DNA from: an uncultured Acidobacteriota bacterium
GTDB taxonomy: Bacteria; Acidobacteriota; JAQAZP01
Direction: 5' to 3'
Length of the DNA stretch: 64,000 bases
Assembly (NCBI GenBank): GCA_963836075.1
Contig: CAWIIB010000009.1
Coordinates: 2,432,001 to 2,496,000 of the forward strand
Position 1 is the first letter of the stretch. Each line of letters starts with the position of its first letter. A program made the translations under genes and the position numbers. The notes under the pieces are model-generated. The model did no database searches. It saw nothing but the letters and a program-made list of their open reading frames with translations, and was not told the origin of the DNA. This document shows, in pieces, positions 47,873 through 57,718 of the stretch.

Positions 47873-49903
47873 TTACTCGTTGACGAACTCCGCCTTGGCC
47901 CGCGGCCCGTTGGTGATGAAGTTCTCCAGGCCGATCCTGGCGTCCTTGGTCTCGAAACAGGCGCCGAAGGCCACGGCCTCCATCTTCAGCCCGGTGGCCA
48001 GCGAGGCCATGGCGCCGGAGAGGATGGCGTCCTGCATGATCTGGTCGATGCGGGTGCTCAGGTGGCCCAGGTCCAGCTCGGGCAGCTGGTCGGGCACGGT
48101 GATCGGGCCCTTGGCGATGGGGATCAAGTCGACGATGCTCTTGCCGGCCTTGGCCGCCAGCTCCATGGCGGTGAGCAGCAGGTCGCCGGCCACCTCCTCG
48201 CGGATCAGCCCCATTTCCAGGGCCTCGTCGGAGGAGACCGGTTCGCCCAGGCGCAGGATGGCCCAGGCCTTTTCCAGGCCGATCAGCCGGGGCAGGCGCT
48301 GGGTGCCGCCGTAGCCCGGGATCAGGCCCAGCTTCGGCTCGGGCTGGCCGGCCAGCACCTTGGACCCCTTGCGGGCCAGCCGGGCGTGGCAGGCCATGGC
48401 CAGCTCGTTGCCGCCGCCGAAGGCCAGGCCGTTGAGGGCGCAGATCACCGGCTTTTTCATGTCCTCGATGAGGCTGAACACCGCCTGCCCGCGGAGGGAC
48501 ACCTCTTCCGCCGCGGCGGCGCTCTTCAGCTGGGCCAGCTCCTTGATGTCCGCTCCGGCCACAAAGGCGGTGGGGCCGAACCCGGTGAGCACCACGGCCA
48601 TGATCTCGTCGTCATTGGCCAGGTCTGTGAACTGCGCTTCCAGCTGGTCCAGCACGTCCCGGTTCAGGGCGTTCAGCGCCTTGGGCCGGCGGATGGTGAT
48701 CACGGCCACCCCGTCCTCGTCACGGCGCAGCACCACCGGGATCTCCCACGCCTTGACCTGTGCCGCATGGCGCTCCAGCAGTTCCGGCACGGCGAACCCG
48801 GGGTGTTTCGCGGCGTAGCCCTTGACCAGGTCCAGGGCTTTCAGCAGGCCCACGCGGTTCATCAGGGAGAAGGGGCCGGTCATTCCACCGCCCGAGTTCA
48901 GGGCCAGTTCCAGGTCGCTGATCGAGGTGATCCCGCTCTCCAGCACCTGGGCGGTGAGGCCGAAGTAGGCCCCCAGCAGCTGCTCCGAGACGGCGTTGTA
49001 TTCCTCGTCGGTGAAGAGATCATTCTCCCCTGGCCCGGCCAGGTCCCAGGATTTCTTTTCCCGGACCATCCCCACCATCAGGCCGGGGACGGAATACCAG
49101 GGGGAGATGGCGCTCAGACGGTCGATACCCCGGGCCAGGTGGATCATCCCGCCGGGGGTGTTGATCGCGGCCAGCGGTCCGGTCTTCATGCGCAGGGCCC
49201 TGGCGGCCACGGCGTCCACCACCCTGGCCGTGGCCACGCCTTCCTCCACCAGCAGCATGGCGGCCAGGGCCAGGCCGTCGGTCACCGGCCGCACGGAGTG
49301 CCCCACGCGGGCCGTCACACGGATGGGGATCTTGCCCATCTGTTCGAGGAACGTCATCATCCATTCGGTTATCTGCTTGTCGGTGTCACTGGACGAGAGC
49401 ACCTCCACCAGCGGGTTGCGGTCGGCAGGGGAGTGGAAGTGGACCACCAGGCAGCGCTCGGGGTGCGCGGTGCCGCTGAAGATGGTGCCCGGTTCGAGGT
49501 GGGTGGTGTTCACCGCCAGGATGCAGTCCGAGGGGACGACCGCCTCCAGCTTGCCCAGGATACTCCGGGTGTTTTCCACGTCCTGGCAGGCGGCTTCCAG
49601 CACCAGGCCGGCGCCGGAGAGCCGGTCCACGTCGGCGGTGAAGGTGAGGGCGGAGAGGATCATGTCCCGTACATGCTCCTTCATCTTTCCCGACTCCACC
49701 GTGGCGGCCAGCGTCTTCTCCAGGTCCCGGCGGCCGGTCTCCACCGCTTCCTCGTTGAACCCCGTGACGATGATTCCCACACCCAGGCGCCCCAGCGACT
49801 GGGCCATCTGGGTGGCGGTCCGCAGGGCCGTCGTCCCGGTGCCCACCACGCCGATGTCGGCTATCCTCTGTATCTCCAGCAGGTGCTTCATCTTTCTTTC
49901 CAC
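47873..49903 (-). CDS. 3-hydroxyacyl-CoA dehydrogenase / enoyl-CoA hydratase fusion (HAD N-terminal, crotonase C-terminal)
   Basis: Rossmann 'GVVGTGT', 'VHFHSPA..NPLVEV'; crotonase 'AFVAGADI', 'AFGGGNELAMAC', 'PEPKLGLIPGYGGTQRL'. Confidence 0.9.
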   Translation of the reverse strand: MERKMKHLLEIQRIADIGVVGTGTTALRTATQMAQSLGRLGVGIIVTGFNEEAVETGRRDLEKTLAATVESGKMKEHVRDMILSALTFTADVDRLSGAGLVLEAACQDVENTRSILGKLEAVVPSDCILAVNTTHLEPGTIFSGTAHPERCLVVHFHSPADRNPLVEVLSSSDTDKQITEWMMTFLEQMGKIPIRVTARVGHSVRPVTDGLALAAMLLVEEGVATARVVDAVAARALRMKTGPLAAINTPGGMIHLARGIDRLSAISPWYSVPGLMVGMVREKKSWDLAGPGENDLFTDEEYNAVSEQLLGAYFGLTAQVLESGITSISDLELALNSGGGMTGPFSLMNRVGLLKALDLVKGYAAKHPGFAVPELLERHAAQVKAWEIPVVLRRDEDGVAVITIRRPKALNALNRDVLDQLEAQFTDLANDDEIMAVVLTGFGPTAFVAGADIKELAQLKSAAAAEEVSLRGQAVFSLIEDMKKPVICALNGLAFGGGNELAMACHARLARKGSKVLAGQPEPKLGLIPGYGGTQRLPRLIGLEKAWAILRLGEPVSSDEALEMGLIREEVAGDLLLTAMELAAKAGKSIVDLIPIAKGPITVPDQLPELDLGHLSTRIDQIMQDAILSGAMASLATGLKMEAVAFGACFETKDARIGLENFITNGPRAKAEFVNE

Positions 49904-49949
49904 TCCCTCCGGCTGACCCTCTCGGGCCGTGCGTGTTTGGAGAAGGCCG

Positions 49950-52200
49950 TCAACGGCCCAATTTGTATTCCACCAGTCGGTTCAGTGCGGTCATCGCCCG
50001 CTCGGCGGTGGTGAAGGTGGGGATGCCGCCTTCGTCCAGCGTTTCCGAAAGGACGTTGTACATCGTTCCGGCGTTGACCGAGACCACCACCGGCTTGTCC
50101 GCCTTCTCTCCCTGGCGGATGATCCGGGCCGCCACGTTTTCATGTTCGGCGGCCATCTCGTTGTCCTTGGTGTGCAGCATCACCGTGTGCGGGACGATGG
50201 AGATGAACAGGCAGTCCACCCCCGGGTCCTGCAGCAGCAGTTCCACGCACCGTTCGTAGACCGCGTCGTCGGCCATGGGGGTCAGGTCGAGGAAGGCGTT
50301 GACCCCCACAAAGGGCGGCAGCGCCTCGCGGAGCTGCGTGCGGGTCTCCGGGGCCAGCTCGGCCAGCTGCAGGCCGCCGATGCTGTCCGCGGCGTAGGTG
50401 CTCTCGAAACCGGCATTGACCACCCCGGCCACCCGCCGGCCGCTGACCGACTTGCCGCCCATCAGGGCGAATACCTTGATCAGGTCCTTGTGGTCCAGGA
50501 TGTGCTCGGCGGCGATGGCGCCGGCCTGCTCGAAGGCCGCCAGCGCCACCTTGTAGTCACCGGTCATCGAGGCGGTGTGCGAGGCGGCGGCCCGGGACCC
50601 GGCGTCGGTACGGCCGGCCTTGTAGACGATCACCGGTTTTTCGCTCTGCCGCACCGCGTCGAAGAACTTGCGGCCGCCGCAGGTCTTGAACCCCTCGATG
50701 TAGAAGGCCAGCACGTCGATGTCGGGGTCTTTCTGGAAGTAGAGGGCCAGGTCTCCGGGGTCGACGTCGATCTGGTTGCCGTAGCTCACCACCACCCGGG
50801 GGTAGATGGCATCCTTCAGCCGGTCCAGCTCGGCCACACCCAGCGCCCCGCTCTGGGTCAGCAGGGCCACGTTGCTTTCTGTTTTTGGCCGGTACTGCAG
50901 CTTTTCCTCGGGGATGAAGAGGGTGTTGTAGCCGGCCTGGCGGTCGGTGGCCGCACGGAAGATCCCCAGGCAGTTGGGACCCACCAGCCGCATCCCGGTG
51001 CCGGCCACAACGTCGAGGATCGCCGTTTCCAGCGACTGGTCGCCCTGGACCTCGCTGAAGCCGCCGGGGATCAGGATCACGCTTTTCGATCCCTTGGTCT
51101 TGGCCTCCTCTACCAACATGCGGGGCCAGCTTGGCCGGCAGGGTGACCACCACCAGGTCCACCCGCTCGGGGATTTCGGCCAGGCTGGTGAACATCTCGT
51201 AGGGCTGGCCGGCGATGGTGGCCGTACCGCCCTTGACGTTCACCAGGTAGAGGTCCTTGCGCCCCAGGTTGTGCAGCAGGGTGGCGATGTTGTTCCCGGT
51301 CTTGCCGCTGTCGCTGGCCGAGACGCCGATCACGGCGATCCCCTCGGGATAGAACAGCTCGTCCAGGCCGCTGTCGTCGGGACCGTCCAGCAGGTTGAGG
51401 GCGCGGTCCCGGGGCAGGAAATTGGCCAGGCCATCGATGCAGATCAGCCGGTGGCTGCCGTCGAAGACCAGCGGGTTGACCTCGAATTCGGAAAAGATGA
51501 ACTCCGGCGGCTCCGGGTTGAGGCTCGAGTAGTTGGTGAACAGCCGGCCGAATGAGTGGATCGCCCCGGCGATGCGGTCGATGTGCTCGGGGTTGCCCTC
51601 CTCGCGATACTTGATCGCGATCCACGCCTCCTCGATCATCGCCGAGCAGTCTTCGCGCTCGAGGGGCAGCAGCCTGACGTTGGGGGAGGAGAAGTGGCGG
51701 GCGAAGTGCTCGGCGTCCGACCCGCCCTTGCTGAAGGAGATCACCGGGCCGAAGGCCAGGTTCTCCTTGACCCCGATGAGGATTTCGTTGCCCAGTTCCG
51801 GGCTGTAGGCCACCTGCTCCACCAGCAGAAAGCCTTCGATCTCCGGCGGGCCGCCTTCGGTCTTTGCCCGGCCCGGGACCGTCTGCAGCATCCGCTCCAT
51901 GGCGGCGCAGATTTCCCAGTAGTCCCGCGACACCCGTTTCACTCCGCCGATCTTCGACTTGTGCGGGATATCGCGAGAGACCACCTTGAGCACCAGCTGG
52001 TCCGAGGCCAGGCTGTCCGGCAGGCCGCCGGCAAGCTGTTCCGGCCCGGTGAGGAAGAGGTGTCCGGGCACCTCGAGCCCCAGGGCTTCCAGGATGCGGT
52101 AGACCTCGTGCTCATGGAGTGAAGACCGGCCGTCGGCGGCCGCGGCCGGCAGCACGTCGTCGATGACGGCCGTCTGTTCCGGGGATAGCGGTTCGTTCAT
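49950..52200 (-). pseudogene. ADP-forming acetate/acyl-CoA ligase (ATP-grasp domain first), single frameshift at ~51121 (mutation or sequencing error)
   Basis: 'LKVVSRDIPHKSKIGGV', 'EFEVNPL', 'AVIGVS', then in another frame 'GGFSE', 'LVGPNCLG', 'TQSGALG', 'SHTASM'. Confidence 0.85.
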
Positions 52201-52283
52201 CACGCGGCTTCCTTTGCGCTCCGGGTATGTCAAACACCAGGGCTAAAAGAGGGTGCTCAGTATTTTCCATATGGCGGTTTTTG

Positions 52284-53870
52284 TCAATCTTCGGGCCCGT
52301 TCCCGCCAGCCCCGAGCCAGGCCTTGAGCGTGTTCACCGAGACATTCAGTTTTCTGGCGGTGGCCGCGCGGTTGCCGCCCAGCAGGTCAAGGGCCCGCAG
52401 GGCGTAGCGGCGGCGGAACCGTTCCAGCGGTTCGATCTCACTGGCGTCCAGCGGCAGGCCGGGCGTGAGCTCAGGGGTGCCGGCGCCCAGGCGCTGCCGC
52501 TCTTCCTCCACGGCCTGGCCAACCGTCAGCCCGTAGGCCAGGGCCCGCCAGAGCAGTTTTCGGAGCTGGCGCACGTTTCCCGGCCAGCTGTAGCCCTCCA
52601 GCGCCTCCAGGTCCTGCCGGGCCAGTTTCCGTTTTTTCCCGCCTGGCGCGGTGTCCAGCTGTTCCCAGGCCGACCGGGCCAGCCCGGCGATGTCCTCCCG
52701 CCGCTCCCATAGCGGCGGGACCTCCAGGGGCAGCACATCCAGTCGGTGGAAGAGGTCCTCGCGGAAAGCGCCCCGGCCCACCAGCCGGGCCAGGTTGCGG
52801 TTGGTGGCCGCGATCAGCCGCACGTTCACCGTCCGCGGCCTGCCTCCGGCCCCCACCCGTTCCACCTGACCGTCCTCCAGCACCCGCAGCAGCTTGGCCT
52901 GCACCTCCAGTGGCAGTTCGCCGATCTCGTCGAGAAAGAGGATCCCGTTGTCGGCGGTCTCGAAGCGGCCCGGCCGGTCGCTGTCGGCCCCGGTGAAGGC
53001 GCCCCGCACGTGGCCAAAGAGGTCGGCGTTGACCAGTTCGCTGTTGCCGGCATAGAGGGCGCAGTTCACCGGGACAAAGGGGTCGGCGGCCCGGCGGCTC
53101 CCCTCGTGTACCAGGTGGGCCACGTGCTCCTTGCCGGTGCCCGAATCGCCGGTGATCAGCACCGGGGCCTCGGCGGCGGCGGCCAGGCCGACCCGTTTCC
53201 GCAGCCGCCGGATGGCCGGTGACCGGCCTTCCAGCAACCACCTGGTCCCGGTGGACTCCAGAGATTCAACCAGTCGCAGGTCCTCCTCGTCCAGCTGGCC
53301 CGCGGCAAGCTTGTTGATCGCCGCCAGGTAGAGCGAGCGGTCCTCATACTTGAAATAGCGGGTGATCGCCGCCCGGATCAGCCGCAGCCAGTGCTCTTCG
53401 CCCGGCTCCAGGCGGGGGGCCCTGGTGCCGATGTTCGGGTCGTGACGGGCCAAACGCCCCAGAAAGGCCGCCCGCCGCCCGTCCGCCGGGTTGAGGTGCC
53501 GGCGCAGGGCCGCACTGTTGCTGCCCGTCTGGGTCAACCGTGGACGGCAGCAGGCCTCCAGCCACTCCCGGTGCGGGTCGAGGTAGCCCCGGCCGCAATG
53601 CCACTGCACGTCGGCTCCCAGTCCGGCCAGCGATTCGGCGGCCGCGGCCACCCGCTCCCGGTCTCTCCCCACACCCACGCCGCAGATGTGGACCGCCCGC
53701 CAGCGGGTGCCGGCGGCAGCGGTCTCGGTCAGGGTGTCCGCCACCCGGGCCCGGCTGGTGACCTTGAGCATGGCCTGGGGAAACTTGAGCAGTGCCATGG
53801 CTGCGGCGCAGGCGCCGTCGATGCCGAGGTAGGTGATGACGCACACCGGCCCTTTGCTGTTTTTCTTCAT
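52284..53870 (-). CDS. Sigma54-dependent enhancer-binding protein (AAA+, Fis HTH) with a DHH-like N-terminal domain
   Basis: [39 protein letters not shown]-terminal '[13 protein letters not shown]'. Confidence 0.92.
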   Translation of the reverse strand: MKKNSKGPVCVITYLGIDGACAAAMALLKFPQAMLKVTSRARVADTLTETAAAGTRWRAVHICGVGVGRDRERVAAAAESLAGLGADVQWHCGRGYLDPHREWLEACCRPRLTQTGSNSAALRRHLNPADGRRAAFLGRLARHDPNIGTRAPRLEPGEEHWLRLIRAAITRYFKYEDRSLYLAAINKLAAGQLDEEDLRLVESLESTGTRWLLEGRSPAIRRLRKRVGLAAAAEAPVLITGDSGTGKEHVAHLVHEGSRRAADPFVPVNCALYAGNSELVNADLFGHVRGAFTGADSDRPGRFETADNGILFLDEIGELPLEVQAKLLRVLEDGQVERVGAGGRPRTVNVRLIAATNRNLARLVGRGAFREDLFHRLDVLPLEVPPLWERREDIAGLARSAWEQLDTAPGGKKRKLARQDLEALEGYSWPGNVRQLRKLLWRALAYGLTVGQAVEEERQRLGAGTPELTPGLPLDASEIEPLERFRRRYALRALDLLGGNRAATARKLNVSVNTLKAWLGAGGNGPED

Positions 53871-54053
53871 CCCTGATCCTCACTGTTGATTGGTTCGTTC
53901 GGCCTGATTCTATCAAAAGATGATCTGTTGATGTCAAATATTGATTTACTTCCCCGTAAATGTTGCCGGCCTCCCGGAGGATGCTCTCCGCTGATATCGA
54001 TAAACGTCAATAAAAATATGAGCTTGGAGGGATGTTTGATGATTGTCGATTTC

Positions 54054-54068
54054 TGGCACGGCCCTTGT
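54054..54068 (+). promoter_or_regulatory. Sigma54 (-24/-12) promoter
   Basis: TGGCACG-gccc-TTGT: canonical -24, GT variant at -12, correct spacing; divergent from the bEBP gene. Confidence 0.7.
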
Positions 54069-54150
54069 ATTGGATAGGAGACGAGCCACGGAAACGAATA
54101 AACCCCGGGGAGCGTTTCCCCGGGGCCTTCAGTGAAAGGAGATCAAGAGC

Positions 54151-54783
54151 ATGAACAGCCAGCTGGAAATGGACATCTGTCCGGTGACCCCCGAGCAGCT
54201 GAACCGGATCGTCTACCTGCACCAGCAGTGGTTCCTCTCCAGCGGTATGGAAGGCCGGCCCGCCGATCTGTCCCGGGCCGACCTGCGCCGCGCCGCCTTC
54301 GAGAACCAGACCCTGCAGTATGCCGACCTGCGCGGCGCCGACCTGGGCGGGGTCAACCTGCTCTGGGCCGACTTCAGCCACGCCCGTTTCGATTGCGCCG
54401 TGCTGCGCCGCAGCTACCTCGAGGGAGCGAAGCTGGTCCAGGCCGGGTTCTGCTGTGCCGACCTGGCCGACGCCTGCCTCAAGGGCGCCTGTCTTGACGG
54501 GGCCGACCTGCGGGGGGCGGTGCTGCGCGGCGCCGATTGCCGCGAAGCTTCTTTCTGCGAGGCGGATCTCCGCGGGGCCGACCTGCGCGGTGCGCAGCTG
54601 GACAGCGCCTGGTTCTGGAAGAGTGACCTGCGCGGTGCGGACCTGGAGGGGGCCAGGATCGGCGGGGCGATGGTCCTGGAGTCGGACTGTCGCGGTGCCT
54701 CCGGCCTGGACGAGGACGCCATGCGCATGGTGTCCGTGGACCAGCTACCGCTCTTCGACAGCCCGGTCCCCGCAGGCCTCTGA
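54151..54783 (+). CDS. Pentapeptide repeat protein
   Basis: Many A(D/N)LxG-type repeats; 'HQQW...GRPADLS' N-terminus; AAGGAG RBS-like. Confidence 0.92.
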   Translation: MNSQLEMDICPVTPEQLNRIVYLHQQWFLSSGMEGRPADLSRADLRRAAFENQTLQYADLRGADLGGVNLLWADFSHARFDCAVLRRSYLEGAKLVQAGFCCADLADACLKGACLDGADLRGAVLRGADCREASFCEADLRGADLRGAQLDSAWFWKSDLRGADLEGARIGGAMVLESDCRGASGLDEDAMRMVSVDQLPLFDSPVPAGL

Positions 54784-56835
54784 TCCCGGTGGGGCCTCAA
54801 CGGCCGTGGCCCGCAGTGTACGGAAGGAGAGCGAGCGGACCCGCCCGCGGAAGGCCTCTTCGTGGTGGGCTTCGTCCACCTGCAGCCGGAAACCGAGCCA
54901 GGCCAGCTCAGCGGACAGGCTCTCCCGGGGCAGGAAGAAGCGGTAGCGCCGGTATTCGCGCCCCACATCGATGGTGGCCAGGCGCTCTCCGTCCCAGTCC
55001 ACCTCCACCCCCAGCGGCCCTTGACCCATGTCGGGCCCCAGGGCCAGCTCCACCATCACCCGGAATCCGGCCCCGGTGCCCGCCGGGGCCTGGTCCGGCG
55101 GGAGCCAGAGAGTCAGCTGGGCCAGCGGGCCCATGCCGAACAGAGCCTTCTCGTGATAGAAGTTCGCCGGGTCGCCGCCCATATTGCGGAGGAAATAGCG
55201 GTTCTCCAGAAGTGTCAGGTCCACCGGCCCCCGTCCGGCCAGGCGGAATCGCTGGAGGATCTGCCGGCGGTCCTCCAGCACCCGGAAGGTGATGGGCCGC
55301 GGCGGAAAGACACCGATCTCCAGCCACTGTTCAAAGTCGGGCCCCAGCACCCGGGGGGTGAAGTAGACCCCCCGCAGAAAGGCCCATGACATCCCCTGGC
55401 TCCTGATGTAGTCGGTGAGCCGGCCTTGCCGCATGGCCTCCAGGGCATCGCCGTTGACCACCCCGTCGAGATTGATCACCCGGCAGGGCAGGGTGTAGCC
55501 GAGATAGCCCGCGTCGCTGACACCGATCACCGCGTCGGGCCCCGCCTTGCGCTCCATGATCCGCCGCAGGGTGAAGAAGATGTCGTCCTTGGTCCGGGTG
55601 CCGGAGCTGACCAGTTTGTGCCAGCGGGTGGCGAAGGGCAGGGCAACGGCAATGACCAGCGCCACCGCGGCGATGACCCGCAGCGGCCGCCGGCGGTCGC
55701 CGCGGGTCAGCTGGAAGAGCAGCAGGGCAAAGACCAGGCCCGCGGTGAGGGCGTAGGGGGCGTAGTACCAGGTGCGGTGGTGCAGCCGGATCACGGTGTG
55801 GAAGAGGATGGTGATCACCAGCCCGGCCAGCAGCCAGCCCGGCACGGCCCGGCCGCCCCGCCGGGCCCAGCTCCGGCCGGCCGGCCGGAGCAGCAGCAGG
55901 GCCAGGGCCAGCAGGGCGATGGCCCAGCCGAATCCGGTGGACCCGCGCATCGACCCCATGGCGCCCCGGAGCTTCTCCAGACGGTCCACCACCAGCAGCG
56001 GGCTGTGGGTGCCGGCGAAATCCATCAGGCTCAGGGTATTGATGAAGGGGATGGCCATCCCGCTGGTCTGCAGCAGCTTGCCGGTATGGGCCCAGCTCCA
56101 GCCCACCCAGCCGGCAACCGCCAGGCCGAAGGGGACCAGGGCGATGGCGAAGCGGCGGATCCTCAGGGAGCGCGGCTGCCCCTGCTGCAGGAGCAGCAGG
56201 GCGGCCAGGCCGGGCAGGACCAGCAGGGCGAAATCTGTGCGGGCCAGGGTGGTCAGCCCGGCCAGCAGGCCCAGGACCAGGGCCCGGCGCGTGCCGCTTC
56301 CCAGATCCTCCGGCCGCCCGGCAGAGCAGAGGAAGAGGGTCAGGGCGAGCAGCGCCAGGGAGGTCTCCAGCCCGTTGATCCAGCTGACATAGAGCGCCGG
56401 GTTGGCCGCCGTGCAGAGGGCCGCCGCCGTCCCGGCCCAGGGGGAACCGGTGGCCCGGGAGACCAGCAGGTGGGCCAGCACGACGGTGCAGGCGCCGAAC
56501 AGGGCCCCTGCCGCCAGAGCGGCCTTGATCCCGCCCAGGGGCCAGAGCAGCAGCAGGGTCATCATCCAGAGCGGGTGAAACCCGTTGGTGGGGGTCAGGC
56601 CGTCAAAGGTCAGACCGAGGCCGGAAGCGGCGTTGCGGGCGATGGTGAAGTAGTAGAAGGAGTCGTCCAGCAGGCTGAAGCCGAACAGCCGGTCGAGGTC
56701 GAAACGGGCCAGCACCATTCCCTGGCTGATCAGCAGGACCGCCGCGGCCAGCAGGGTGAGCAGCAAGGCGGGTTCGATTCCCTGGCGCTTTCCGGTCAAG
56801 GGGACTCCATGCAGTGTTCGGGCCAGCGGGCCCAA
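54745..56835 (-). CDS. Multi-TM membrane protein, GT-C-type glycosyltransferase-like
   Basis: 'DDSFYYFTIARN...TFDG..PTNGFHPLW', 'NGLET', 'LARTD', 'DAGYLGY', 'NLDGVVN'; start uncertain. Confidence 0.75.
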   Translation of the reverse strand: MGPLARTLHGVPLTGKRQGIEPALLLTLLAAAVLLISQGMVLARFDLDRLFGFSLLDDSFYYFTIARNAASGLGLTFDGLTPTNGFHPLWMMTLLLLWPLGGIKAALAAGALFGACTVVLAHLLVSRATGSPWAGTAAALCTAANPALYVSWINGLETSLALLALTLFLCSAGRPEDLGSGTRRALVLGLLAGLTTLARTDFALLVLPGLAALLLLQQGQPRSLRIRRFAIALVPFGLAVAGWVGWSWAHTGKLLQTSGMAIPFINTLSLMDFAGTHSPLLVVDRLEKLRGAMGSMRGSTGFGWAIALLALALLLLRPAGRSWARRGGRAVPGWLLAGLVITILFHTVIRLHHRTWYYAPYALTAGLVFALLLFQLTRGDRRRPLRVIAAVALVIAVALPFATRWHKLVSSGTRTKDDIFFTLRRIMERKAGPDAVIGVSDAGYLGYTLPCRVINLDGVVNGDALEAMRQGRLTDYIRSQGMSWAFLRGVYFTPRVLGPDFEQWLEIGVFPPRPITFRVLEDRRQILQRFRLAGRGPVDLTLLENRYFLRNMGGDPANFYHEKALFGMGPLAQLTLWLPPDQAPAGTGAGFRVMVELALGPDMGQGPLGVEVDWDGERLATIDVGREYRRYRFFLPRESLSAELAWLGFRLQVDEAHHEEAFRGRVRSLSFRTLRATAVEAPPGSEACGDRAVEER

Positions 56836-56950
56836 TGTAGATCAACTGCCGGTCCATTGCAACAGCTGCGGCGGCTGCCTTGCCTGACCCTCGATCTGCG
56901 GTGTACCATGACCTGTTGATCCCACAACGCCTGGCTGCGAGGAGGTGGAG

Positions 56951-57685
56951 ATGCCTGTGGACACGAGACGCGCGGGAGTGGCACTGCTGCTCCTGGCCGT
57001 GATTTCCCTTACCGGTGCTGTTGCCTGCGGGCCGAACCCCGGGGAAGAGGCCCCGGACCAGGCCGTTGTCCCCCCGGCCGCCGCGGATGCGGTGCCCCCC
57101 GGCACGGCCCGTTCGGCGTCCGGCGCCCTTTCCCCGGACGCTGCGCCACCGCCGGCCCCGGCTGAGCAGGCCAGGGTCGAGGGGCTGACCCCGGGCAGCG
57201 ATCTGGCCGCCACCTTCCTCGAGGCCGCCGAGCTGGCCCGCACCGGGCTCTATGACCGGGCCCTGGAACTCTACCAGCAGATCCTCGAGGAGCGGCCCGA
57301 GCATGCCCCCACCCTGATCAACGCCGCGCGGGTTCACTTCATCCGCGGCCGCACCGGCGAGGCCATCCAGATGCTGGAGCAGGCCGACCGGGCCATGCCG
57401 AACAACCCGAGGACCCTGGCCTACCTCGGTATGGCCGAGGCTAAGGCCGGCCTCTACGAGGACGCTCTGGTCCACCTGGAGGGCTCGTCGCTTCTCGATC
57501 CCACACGCATCGACGTGGGCAACGAGCTGGCCGGCGTCTATTTCCAGCTGGAGCGCCACGAGGAGGCCGCCGAGGCCTGGGGCCGAGTGCTGAAGCTTGA
57601 CCCGGGGAACATGATGGCCCGCGCCGGGCTGGAGAGTGTCCGCCAGTTGTCGCAGCCCGCGGACACCGGACAGCCGCAGAGCTGA
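56951..57685 (+). CDS. TPR-repeat lipoprotein
   Basis: GGAGG RBS, lipobox-like 'AVAC', Pro/Ala linker, ~4 TPR motifs. Confidence 0.82.
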   Translation: MPVDTRRAGVALLLLAVISLTGAVACGPNPGEEAPDQAVVPPAAADAVPPGTARSASGALSPDAAPPPAPAEQARVEGLTPGSDLAATFLEAAELARTGLYDRALELYQQILEERPEHAPTLINAARVHFIRGRTGEAIQMLEQADRAMPNNPRTLAYLGMAEAKAGLYEDALVHLEGSSLLDPTRIDVGNELAGVYFQLERHEEAAEAWGRVLKLDPGNMMARAGLESVRQLSQPADTGQPQS

Positions 57686-57718
57686 ACAGCGTCCCAATCC
57701 TGGAGGTCCGGCTGAATC

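Noticed and set aside
54745-54783. 39-bp overlap of convergent gene ends
   Set aside because: Short convergent overlaps are common in GC-rich genomes; no further signal
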